The notes beneath the pieces are model-generated. The model made no database searches. It saw nothing but the letters and a program-made list of their open reading frames with translations, and was not told where the DNA came from. This document shows, piece after piece, positions 10,238-15,907 of a DNA stretch of 27,892 nucleotides. Source of the stretch: an uncultured virus (IMG/VR IMGVR_UViG_3300032456_000001) (lineage: Duplodnaviria; Heunggongvirae; Uroviricota; Caudoviricetes); the IMG/VR virus record IMGVR_UViG_3300032456_000001, one strand, 5' to 3'. Position 1 is the first letter of the stretch; each line of letters starts with the position of its first letter. The position numbers and the translations under genes are program-made.

Positions 10238-10505
10238 TCATTGATTGCTAATTTTTTCCACAAAAAACTCTAGTGTTCGCATCTGCGAAGGTGTCAAGCT
10301 GCTAAGTAATTCCGTGAACTCGAGTTGCCTTACAAAGGATTCTAGGGATAGCTTTTGGGATGGTGTTAGAGTGCCGTCAGGATTCAAATCTTGGAATAAG
10401 TCGCAGGCTGAAGGGATAAGCCATAAGCAGTTGTCGCCGTGCCGTGGGATGAGTGAGATTTGTTTGTGGACGTAGTTTTCAGCGGTGGTGAGGAAGTGAC
10501 CTCAT
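10238..10505 (-). pseudogene. Possible frameshifted small gene
   Basis: An 87-codon frame (GHFLTTAENYVHKQ...EKISNQ*) has no early in-frame start. The ATG at 10505 is 1 nt out of frame (ATG A GGT CAC). Confidence 0.35.
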
Positions 10506-10546
10506 TTTAATTGCTCACTTCATTGCATCTGATAATGAGTTGTTTG

Positions 10547-10894
10547 CTAGAGAACTTTGAGCCCTTCTCTAGATGTTCGGACACAGGAGTTCCGAAACTC
10601 CTGCAAATTGACAGCGGGTAACGGAGAAAACCCGTCCTCTCCTTTTGTCATCGCAACCACTGACGGAAAATACCCCGTCAACCCGTGAATGGCCACCACT
10701 ACTAGTACTGACAGAGGCGCTAAGCCTGGTGGCACAATCACTACATCTTCGCTTCCGTCTCCTACAATGGAGGCTAAGTAGGCAATGAGTTTCTGGCAAA
10801 GCTCCGCGTCCGCTAGATCAACGTGAAGCTGATGATTAACAAACCCGTCGGCGGTTAAAACTGGATTGGGATGAGAAAAGTTTAGTTTAATCAT
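10547..10894 (-). CDS. csx15: Csx15-like protein (CRISPR-associated family; candidate cyclic-oligoadenylate ring nuclease or sponge), stand-alone
   Basis: Motifs LNFSHP (N-terminus), PPGLAPLSVLVVVAIHGLTGYFP and NLQEFR match the Csx15 pattern NFSHP...PPGxA...HGxxGxFP...NLQxxR as I recall it; not searched. Confidence 0.75.
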   Translation of the reverse strand: MIKLNFSHPNPVLTADGFVNHQLHVDLADAELCQKLIAYLASIVGDGSEDVVIVPPGLAPLSVLVVVAIHGLTGYFPSVVAMTKGEDGFSPLPAVNLQEFRNSCVRTSREGLKVL

Positions 10895-10932
10895 AATTTT
10901 TAGAATCCCTACTGAGAAAGATTTACAGGGAA

Positions 10933-10959
10933 AAGCGTAAGAGGGAGTCGAACCCTCAT
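10933..10959 (-). ncRNA. 3' half of a mini tRNA-like element (T-arm plus acceptor 3' strand)
   Basis: GAGGG-TTCGACT-CCCTC forms a canonical T-arm, followed by TTACGCT-T. It pairs with the 5' half at 11392-11410 once the IS is removed. Confidence 0.6.
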
Positions 10960-11391
10960 AGAAAAACTCGGTAAGTGGGAAACTCAGTATCTTCAGACCT
11001 GAGAGGGAAACGGCTCGGCGGTTTGAACCGCCTTGAATCTTTCCATTACCGCATTGGAGTTGCTTGACTTGGTGTACTTTTGTAATGTACTTTCAGCAGG
11101 ACAGTTACTACCTCAAATCTCACAACCCTGTACGCATAATGTTTGCTCTTTTGGAGCCTCCCTTGCGGGGTAATGTTTGCTTCGCCAATGTTTTCTGAGC
11201 TTTTTAGACCTGCAACACTGTTTCAGTGACTTTAAAACTGTTTAATTGCAGGCGACAGGGCAAGGAACTAGCTTCGCATTCCAGGGTGTCGTGACTCAAA
11301 AAACGTAGTCAGTTAAGACTTAGGCTGGTCAGAATAGCTTGCTTCAACTTTCGTCTTACAAGCTCAGTGGCTTTAGCCCTGAGTTTCTGAC
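10960..11391 (-). mobile_element. Non-autonomous IscB-type IS200/IS605 element (iscB deleted), 432 bp
   Basis: Matching 21-nt subterminal hairpins CTCAGT-N10-CTGAG at 10983-11003 and 11363-11383. On the minus strand it begins GTCA and is followed by ATGA (10956-10959), a known type of IscB TAM. The ATG CGT at 11137 after the RNA reaches a stop after 5 codons. Confidence 0.85.
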
Positions 11392-11411
11392 AGGAGTAAC
11401 CTACTATGCTG
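11145..11411 (-). ncRNA. IscB omega RNA (HEARO family) scaffold with predicted 5' guide 11392-11411
   Basis: GTCAGAA/TTCTGAC closing stem; GACCAGCCTAAG, ACTACGTT, GACACCCTGGAATGCG..GCTAGTTCC, TTAAACAG and AACATTGGCGAAGCAAACATTACCCCGCAAGGG motifs; intact helices CGACA/TGTCG, CCTGCAA/TTGCAGG and GTTTTTTGAGT/GCTCAGAAAAC. Confidence 0.9.
11392..11410 (-). ncRNA. 5' half of the mini tRNA-like element (acceptor 5' strand plus short hairpin)
   Basis: AGCATAG pairs with TTACGCT at 6 of 7 positions, including one G-U. TAGG-TTACT-CCT|A closes its fourth pair only across the IS junction. Confidence 0.55.
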
Positions 11412-11417
11412 AAGCAC

Positions 11418-11624
11418 TTAGAGCCCGTGGGCAAACTCTAAATATTGCTTTTCGACACCGCAAATATTCCCTTGACTTAACTCGTAGCTCAAGTCAACAT
11501 CTACTTCTGCCCACAATAAGGCTGTGTCTAGTTGTTGTACTATTGGGCGAGGATTGGTCAATACCTCCTGCCCTACTTCCGTTAACGGGATGAAAGTATT
11601 TTCGACAATTTTAAAGTGATACAT
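11418..11624 (-). CDS. Hypothetical protein (68 aa) downstream of hammerhead 1
   Basis: ATG at 11624 with GGAG/GGA upstream. The longer upstream extension of the ORF runs through the ribozyme. Confidence 0.65.
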   Translation of the reverse strand: MYHFKIVENTFIPLTEVGQEVLTNPRPIVQQLDTALLWAEVDVDLSYELSQGNICGVEKQYLEFAHGL

Positions 11625-11644
11625 AATATTCCAACTCCGTAATT

Positions 11645-11706
11645 TTACTAGCCTCGTCAGTGGCAAAGTAGTAAGCTTTACCAGACACCTGAGAAGGTGT
11701 TTCGGC
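11645..11706 (-). ncRNA. Type II hammerhead ribozyme with loop I / 3' tail pseudoknot (copy 1)
   Basis: GCC-GAA-ACACCU(UCUC)AGGUGU-C^UGGUAAAG(CUUACUA)CUUUGCCA-CUGACGA-GGC-UAGUAA. Complete catalytic core with a GUC cleavage site at 11684/11683; loop UUACUA is complementary to tail UAGUAA. Confidence 0.95.
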
Positions 11707-11714
11707 TTTTTGAC

Positions 11715-12332
11715 TTAACCTCGCAAATTCCAAGGATTAATTACTACTGCTGTAATCTCCCGTTTTTCAACTTCTTTTTTGTTTGTTAAATAATTGCGAA
11801 CTCGCCATTGTCCACCAAATCGATATCTTGTTTTCTCGTTGTAACAGCAGGTAGGACTATGGCAACTCTTTGAATAATTAGACTCGGGGCATGAAGCGTA
11901 ATCTTTAGCCTCTGACACCATACTTTCAAGGCATGGTGTCAGTTCAAATTCTGCTGCCTTATAGAAGCTAGAAACAGAATCATACTTAATCACTGACAAA
12001 TCTTTGCAGATTTTCAATAATGCGGTTTGTCTTGAAGTTATTTCTGTTTTTCCATCATCTCCTATTAGTTGCCAGTCCACTTGTACGAATGCTCTTCTTG
12101 GGACAGTACAATCAACTTGTTTGGCTATTTTTGAAAAAATCAAATCTAGCTGAATCGGGGTAAACATTTCGTTACCCACCCATTCTAAATGCTTTTCTAT
12201 GTTGGGATAATTTACATTGTAATTTCCATCGACAAATCCAATAGAGACACACCCAAAAGTCATTCGCAAGAATCCACGTTCTGTGTTTTTAATGGCGATT
12301 TTAGATGGAACCGAAAGAATAGGTTGAGCCAT
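11715..12332 (-). CDS. Hypothetical protein (205 aa), first gene of cassette 2
   Basis: AGGAGA RBS 6 nt upstream, directly behind a near-consensus promoter. Confidence 0.85.
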   Translation of the reverse strand: MAQPILSVPSKIAIKNTERGFLRMTFGCVSIGFVDGNYNVNYPNIEKHLEWVGNEMFTPIQLDLIFSKIAKQVDCTVPRRAFVQVDWQLIGDDGKTEITSRQTALLKICKDLSVIKYDSVSSFYKAAEFELTPCLESMVSEAKDYASCPESNYSKSCHSPTCCYNEKTRYRFGGQWRVRNYLTNKKEVEKREITAVVINPWNLRG

Positions 12333-12338
12333 TGATTT

Positions 12339-12500
12339 TCTCCTTTGTTAGTTGTTTTTCGCTTAATAGCAAGTGGTTTTTTCTATCTGTTATTACTATA
12401 GGCTACTCGCTAGGACTTGTCAAGCGTTTTGGGAAAGTATTTTTCAAACGGTATCGAAAGCGTTGCTATGTATGGTGCTTAGCAGTTGTGTTCGCAAGTA
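12339..12500 (-). promoter_or_regulatory. Repeated promoter/leader/RBS module, copy A
   Basis: TTGACA (12418-12423), 17-nt spacer, TATAGT (12395-12400); RBS AGGAGA at 12339-12344. 150/162 identical to 13290-13451 by manual count. Confidence 0.9.
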
Positions 12501-12786
12501 GTGGACAGGACAACTCGTAGTAGAGCGCCGTGTCTACGCCATTTTCTTCCGGGTCATAGTCACTATCCTGCCACTCCAACCCGGCAATACTAGGGTGAAC
12601 GAGCCACCAATAAATCACAGAAGTAATTCCATAGAAGTAGACAGTTTCTTTCTCAAATTTCGTCCACCCTTGTGCGACGAGCTTTTCAGTAAACGCTATT
12701 TCCTCGGAGCTTTTTTCCGAATTTAGTAGCTCTAACGCTTGCTTGGCTAAGGTTAATTCCTGCTCTTTGCTAAATACAAAATCCAT
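12466..12786 (-). CDS. Hypothetical acidic protein (106 aa) downstream of hammerhead 2
   Basis: ATG at 12786 (MDFVFSKEQ...). The upstream ORF extension is ribozyme sequence. The last 11 codons lie inside promoter repeat A. Confidence 0.75.
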   Translation of the reverse strand: MDFVFSKEQELTLAKQALELLNSEKSSEEIAFTEKLVAQGWTKFEKETVYFYGITSVIYWWLVHPSIAGLEWQDSDYDPEENGVDTALYYELSCPLLANTTAKHHT

Positions 12787-12802
12787 TATTTTCTTTGTGA
12801 TT

Positions 12803-12864
12803 TTACTAGCCTCGTCAGTGGCAAAGTAGTAAGCCTTACCAGACACCTGAGAAGGTGTTTCGGC
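12803..12864 (-). ncRNA. Type II hammerhead ribozyme with pseudoknot (copy 2)
   Basis: Identical to copy 1 except for one stem I change (A-U to G-U, pairing kept). GUC cleavage site at 12842/12841. Confidence 0.95.
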
Positions 12865-12884
12865 GATTATTAGATAGGAAAAGA

Positions 12885-13283
12885 CTAACTAGCTATAAAG
12901 TCAGCTTTTATGCTTTCAGGTACATAAGCTTTACAACGTTGGACAAACTTATCCGCTGATGTTAGGCCTCTTGAGTTTATGTCCGTACTTACCTCGCCGA
13001 TTGTAACTTCCTTTGTGACGTTACACTTCTTAATAGTGTAAGCCCAACTTCCATAAGGATAGTCCCCAAACCACATTAAAAGGTAATCACAATAAGTAGC
13101 TTTATCTGCTGCGCCCTCAAATATCCAGTAATCCACTTGACGTAGCACTGCTTTATCCTCCCCATTACTGAAAACTTTAGATACTCCCAAACCACCATCA
13201 GTCCAGTAACTAATCTCTCCTTTTTCATCAACTGTTAGAGCAACTTTTTCATTAAAATCGAATTCAACTTGTGGTGTCATCAT
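12885..13283 (-). CDS. Hypothetical protein (132 aa), first gene of cassette 1
   Basis: AGGAGA RBS upstream, directly behind a near-consensus promoter. Confidence 0.85.
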   Translation of the reverse strand: MMTPQVEFDFNEKVALTVDEKGEISYWTDGGLGVSKVFSNGEDKAVLRQVDYWIFEGAADKATYCDYLLMWFGDYPYGSWAYTIKKCNVTKEVTIGEVSTDINSRGLTSADKFVQRCKAYVPESIKADFIAS

Positions 13284-13289
13284 AATTAG

Positions 13290-13451
13290 TCTCCTTTGTT
13301 AGTTGTTTTTTGCTTAATAGCAAGTGGTTTTTTCTATCTGTTATCACTATAGGCTACCCACTAAGACTTGTCAAGCGTTTTGGGAAAGTATTCTTCAAAC
13401 GGTATCAAAAGTGTTGCTATGTATGGTACTTAGCGGTTTTGTTCACAAGTA
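13290..13451 (-). promoter_or_regulatory. Repeated promoter/leader/RBS module, copy B
   Basis: TTGACA (13369-13374), 17-nt spacer, TATAGT (13346-13351); RBS at 13290-13295. Confidence 0.9.
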
Positions 13452-13474
13452 TTGGTAGCGTCGGTGTAGGGATG

Positions 13475-13505
13475 TTGACGCGCTGGGTCAATCTCGTGAT
13501 ATAAT
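13475..13505 (+). promoter_or_regulatory. Putative promoter of the rep leader
   Basis: Extended -10 TGaTATAAT (13497-13505); TTGACG at 13475-13480 with a long 19-nt spacer. Confidence 0.65.
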
Positions 13506-13541
13506 CAAACAAGAAGCCACCCGTTATAAGCGGGTGGCTTC
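13505..13541 (-). terminator. Intrinsic terminator of the antisense RNA
   Basis: 11-bp perfect stem GAAGCCACCCG/CGGGTGGCTTC (13513-13541), followed on the minus strand by TTGTTTG. Confidence 0.7.
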
Positions 13542-13597
13542 AATCAAAAAATGTTGGATACAGCGGAACAAAACCTTGACAAGGTGGCGATTGTTCT
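13505..13597 (-). ncRNA. Predicted ~90-nt countertranscript (antisense) RNA to the rep leader
   Basis: Bounded by a near-consensus minus-strand promoter and a terminator, and lies wholly within the rep 5' UTR. Ends are approximate. Confidence 0.7.
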
Positions 13598-13603
13598 TTG
13601 TTA

Positions 13604-13632
13604 ATTGTAGCACCCCTGACGAACGTTGTCAA
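13604..13632 (-). promoter_or_regulatory. Promoter for the antisense RNA
   Basis: TTGACA (13627-13632), 17-nt spacer, TACAAT (13604-13609) with extended TG. Confidence 0.8.
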
Positions 13633-13703
13633 GTGCTATCAAATTAATTCTTAACAAGAGTCTCCTGCTGTATTCACCACAACTCTACACAAGGTGAATC
13701 GAT

Positions 13704-14192
13704 ATGGACACATCAAGACTAGGATACTTTGACGAAGATTTAGCTACCATCATCGGCGTAATTGAAGCCACCATGTTTAACAAGCTTCAGTGGTGTGTTG
13801 AGAGTCCTTCAATGGCTGGAACAGTCGTAGATGGGCAAAAGTGGATTCGCAACCCTATCAAGTGCACAGACCCTAAAAAGAAAGAGCGAGTACAAGAACA
13901 CGGCAAGTTTATTGACTGGCGCGGCAATTTTCCATTCTTGAGTTTTTATCAAATCAAGTCTGGATTTGCCAAACTTGAAGAACTCGGTTTAGTCATCAGT
14001 CGGAAGCTTCGAGCCGGAAAATGGGATGCCTGCAAGTATTACACCATCGACACAGAAAAGCTAGCTGAACTGCTGGAACCCGCATCACTACCCATTTGTC
14101 AAAATCCGTCAAATCGATATGTCGAATCTCAGCAAATCGATTTGATGACTGACTGCAAATCATATCAAGATACATCTTCAAAAAAAGTTATT
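13704..14192 (+). pseudogene. Phage replication initiator (N-terminal winged HTH), 5' part, interrupted by the IS605 element
   Basis: LAxxIGxxEA...W...FPFLS..QIK....LEELGLV...KYYTID pattern of phage replisome-organizer proteins. The ORF runs into the IS left end and stops at 14237. Confidence 0.8.
14094..14162. repeat. Three imperfect 23-bp iteron-like repeats (putative replication origin)
   Basis: ATTTGTCAAAATCCGTCAAATCG / ATATGTCGAATCTCAGCAAATCG / ATTTGATGACTGACTGCAAATCA. Each has an ATTTG...CAAAT dyad; the period is not a multiple of 3; an AT-rich tract follows. Confidence 0.7.
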
Positions 14193-14205
14193 CAACTAAG
14201 GCAGC

Positions 14206-14289
14206 AGGAGTCCCGCACTCTAATGGTACTCCGTTGAGTGACGGGAGGAGTCCCGCACTCTAATGGTACTCCGTTGAGTGACGGGAGGA
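14206..14289 (+). repeat. Exact 40-bp tandem duplication of the IS left-end hairpin
   Basis: AGGAGTCCCGCACTCTAATGGTACTCCGTTGAGTGACGGG occurs twice, followed by AGGA. Confidence 0.95.
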
Positions 14290-14367
14290 ATGCGCGTGAG
14301 GCGTACCCGCCGAACAAATTATCTATAAACGCAGACAGAATTTTTCAATACGTGATATAATCTTGTC

Positions 14368-15573
14368 ATGAAACAAGTTCTGACAGTATCTTGCAAGCTC
14401 CAAGTGACACCTGAGCAGTCTATCAAAATTGATGCAACCTTTCAGGCGTTCGCGAGTGCTTGTGAATATGTGAATCAAACTGTGTCGCCAACCCTGACAA
14501 ACGAATTGGCGATGCAATCTTTGATATATCACGATGTCAGAGATATGTTTGGACTTTCGGCACAGTTGGCAATCCATGCTATTAGACGGGTTTCCGGCAA
14601 CAGAAAAACAGCCAAAAAAGATGGGAAACCGGTCAATAAATTTGCTCCTACTAGCGTCACTTACGATACCCGTATCTTTTCTTTCAGGGAGAAAGATTGG
14701 ACAGTAAGTTTGACTACTACTGGTGGCAGGGAGCGGTTTGTACTGGCTATTGGGAACTACCAACTTGGATTGCTGAAAGGTCAAAACCCCAAGACTGCTA
14801 CTTTGTGCAAACGCAAAGATGGTAGTTACTATCTCAATATTCAGCTTGAATCTCAACCAGCCGAGCCTCCACCAAGCAATCACGTTTTGGGCTGTGATTT
14901 GGGTAGGACTGATATTGCAGTTACTTCTGATGGAGATACATTTAGCGGTAAACAAATTACCCAAGTTAGAAATCATTATGCTAAGTTGAGAGAGAATCTC
15001 CAACGAAAAGCCACGAAAGGCACACGCAGCTCTCGGCGTAGATGTCGAGGATTGTTGAAACGGTTGTCGGGCAAAGAAAAACGCTTTCAGACCTTAGTAA
15101 ATCACACTATCAGTCACCGTATTGTAACGAAGGCTCACAACAAAAATCAAGTTATCGCTTTAGAAGATTTGACTGGGATTAGGGAGCGTACAAATCAGCA
15201 GCCACGCTCGAAGAAAGAGCGCAGACTTAGTAATAGCTGGGCATTTTTTCAGTTGCGTCAATTTCTGATTTACAAAGCTATAAAGCATAGCGTCAAGATT
15301 TTGTTTGTCGAGCCTAGGTACACCAGTCAAATGTGCCACAAATGCCATCACATTCATCCTGTAAAGGGTGAGTCTTATAGGAATGGCAAAAAGTTCGCTT
15401 GTGGTCATTGCGGATGGAAAGGTGATGCAGACTTAAATGGTAGTAAGAACATTGCTACTATTGGGGCTTCCGTAAATAAGCCTGAAGGTTCGAGATTATT
15501 TTGCCATTTGCAAGATCATTTCAGGGCTATTGAAAGCCCACACTGTACCTGTACTCAGGTCAGTGCTGGGTAA
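14368..15573 (+). CDS. tnpB: RNA-guided endonuclease TnpB
   Basis: RuvC-I GCDLG, RuvC-II ALEDL, zinc finger CHKC...CGHC and RuvC-III DADLNGSKNI; all catalytic residues present. TGaTATAAT ends 6 nt before the ATG, suggesting a leaderless mRNA. Confidence 0.97.
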   Translation: MKQVLTVSCKLQVTPEQSIKIDATFQAFASACEYVNQTVSPTLTNELAMQSLIYHDVRDMFGLSAQLAIHAIRRVSGNRKTAKKDGKPVNKFAPTSVTYDTRIFSFREKDWTVSLTTTGGRERFVLAIGNYQLGLLKGQNPKTATLCKRKDGSYYLNIQLESQPAEPPPSNHVLGCDLGRTDIAVTSDGDTFSGKQITQVRNHYAKLRENLQRKATKGTRSSRRRCRGLLKRLSGKEKRFQTLVNHTISHRIVTKAHNKNQVIALEDLTGIRERTNQQPRSKKERRLSNSWAFFQLRQFLIYKAIKHSVKILFVEPRYTSQMCHKCHHIHPVKGESYRNGKKFACGHCGWKGDADLNGSKNIATIGASVNKPEGSRLFCHLQDHFRAIESPHCTCTQVSAG

Positions 15574-15598
15574 TTTACGCCAAACTTCCAAGAGAACG
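15420..15598 (+). ncRNA. Predicted TnpB reRNA/omega RNA with guide from flank 15579-15598
   Basis: Established TnpB architecture: the scaffold overlaps the tnpB 3' end and the right-end hairpin, and the guide is the flanking DNA. The 5' boundary is a guess. Confidence 0.55.
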
Positions 15599-15740
15599 AA
15601 CCAAGCGAGAGCAGCTATTGGCGGCAAATATGGCTGATGCGGCGGCTTTTGCGAAAGAAATGCCATTTACGAAGCCTAAACCAGTTGTTGAGGTAGTAGT
15701 TGAAAAGCCAGTTGAAGAAGATGAGCCGATACTCTGGTGA
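15579..15740 (+). pseudogene. Replication initiator, 3' part (53 aa)
   Basis: AKLPRERTKREQLLAANMADAAAFAKEMPFTKPKPVVEVVVEKPVEEDEPILW* is in frame with 13704-14192 after IS removal, giving 216 aa in total. Confidence 0.75.
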
Positions 15741-15742
15741 CA

Positions 15743-15907
15743 CTACTTGTTCGTTTTAAGCGTTCTTATCCCCTCTCTCTCGGCGTTGACTCTGTACTTA
15801 ATTTGAGCCTTAGTCTCCCATGCTTTCTTGTATTCAACGTTTTCAAACAGCTTGGAAAAACCCGTTAGATGTTTTAGTCTTAAAAGCTCTTCCGGCTCCA
15901 TCCCTAG
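15743..15907 (-). pseudogene. C-terminal remnant of an IbrB-like (ParB/Srx-domain) phage protein
   Basis: LGMEPEELLRLKHLTGFSKLFENVEYKKAW resembles the IbrB-family C-terminal LGM..E.LRLK...G...LF....Y..AW motif. An in-frame TAG lies immediately upstream. Not in the ORF track. Confidence 0.7.

Larger units (their letters stand above)
14193..15578 (+). mobile_element. TnpB-only IS200/IS605-family element (IS1341-like)
   Basis: Bulged hairpins with a TACT loop at both ends (left 14212-14245, duplicated; right 15537-15570). The right end finishes TTTAC and TTATT precedes the left end. Removing the element restores the rep frame (GTT ATT|GCC AAA). The left boundary is inferred from frame restoration. 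Confidence 0.85.

Noticed and set aside
10007..10530. TGA read-through or recoding that would fuse the minus-strand frames downstream of csx15
   Set aside because: Several bona fide genes in the window end in TGA, and the extension would overlap the Dit-like gene in antisense.
10933..11010. Full tRNA gene around the TTCGA T-loop
   Set aside because: There is no D-arm or anticodon arm, and the adjacent sequence is the IS end. Only the mini tRNA-like fold is supported.
11017..11032. Second T-arm-like hairpin GGCGG-TTCAAA-CCGCC
   Set aside because: The loop is 6 nt and no acceptor stem is present. It lies inside the IS terminal region.
11339..11593. Plus-strand 84-aa ORF
   Set aside because: It is antisense to the omega RNA and a minus-strand CDS, and it crosses the IS junction.
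12332..13504. Plus-strand paralogous ORFs 12332..12520 and 13310..13504
   Set aside because: They are antisense translations of the duplicated minus-strand promoter/RBS module. The -35, -10 and RBS are invariant between copies, so the conservation is regulatory.
12416..13633. CTTG(A/T)CAAG palindromes as operator sites
   Set aside because: They largely follow from the near-palindromic TTGACA(A) -35 hexamer, and no regulator gene is nearby.
11642..14289. CRISPR array (65-bp, 162-bp and 40-bp repeats near a csx15-like gene)
   Set aside because: Each repeat has only two copies and there are no spacer-length intervals. They are explained as ribozymes, promoters and an IS hairpin.
14323..15408. 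Minus-strand ORFs of 226 aa and 82 aa
   Set aside because: They are shadow ORFs of tnpB with no HUH/Y1 TnpA motif.
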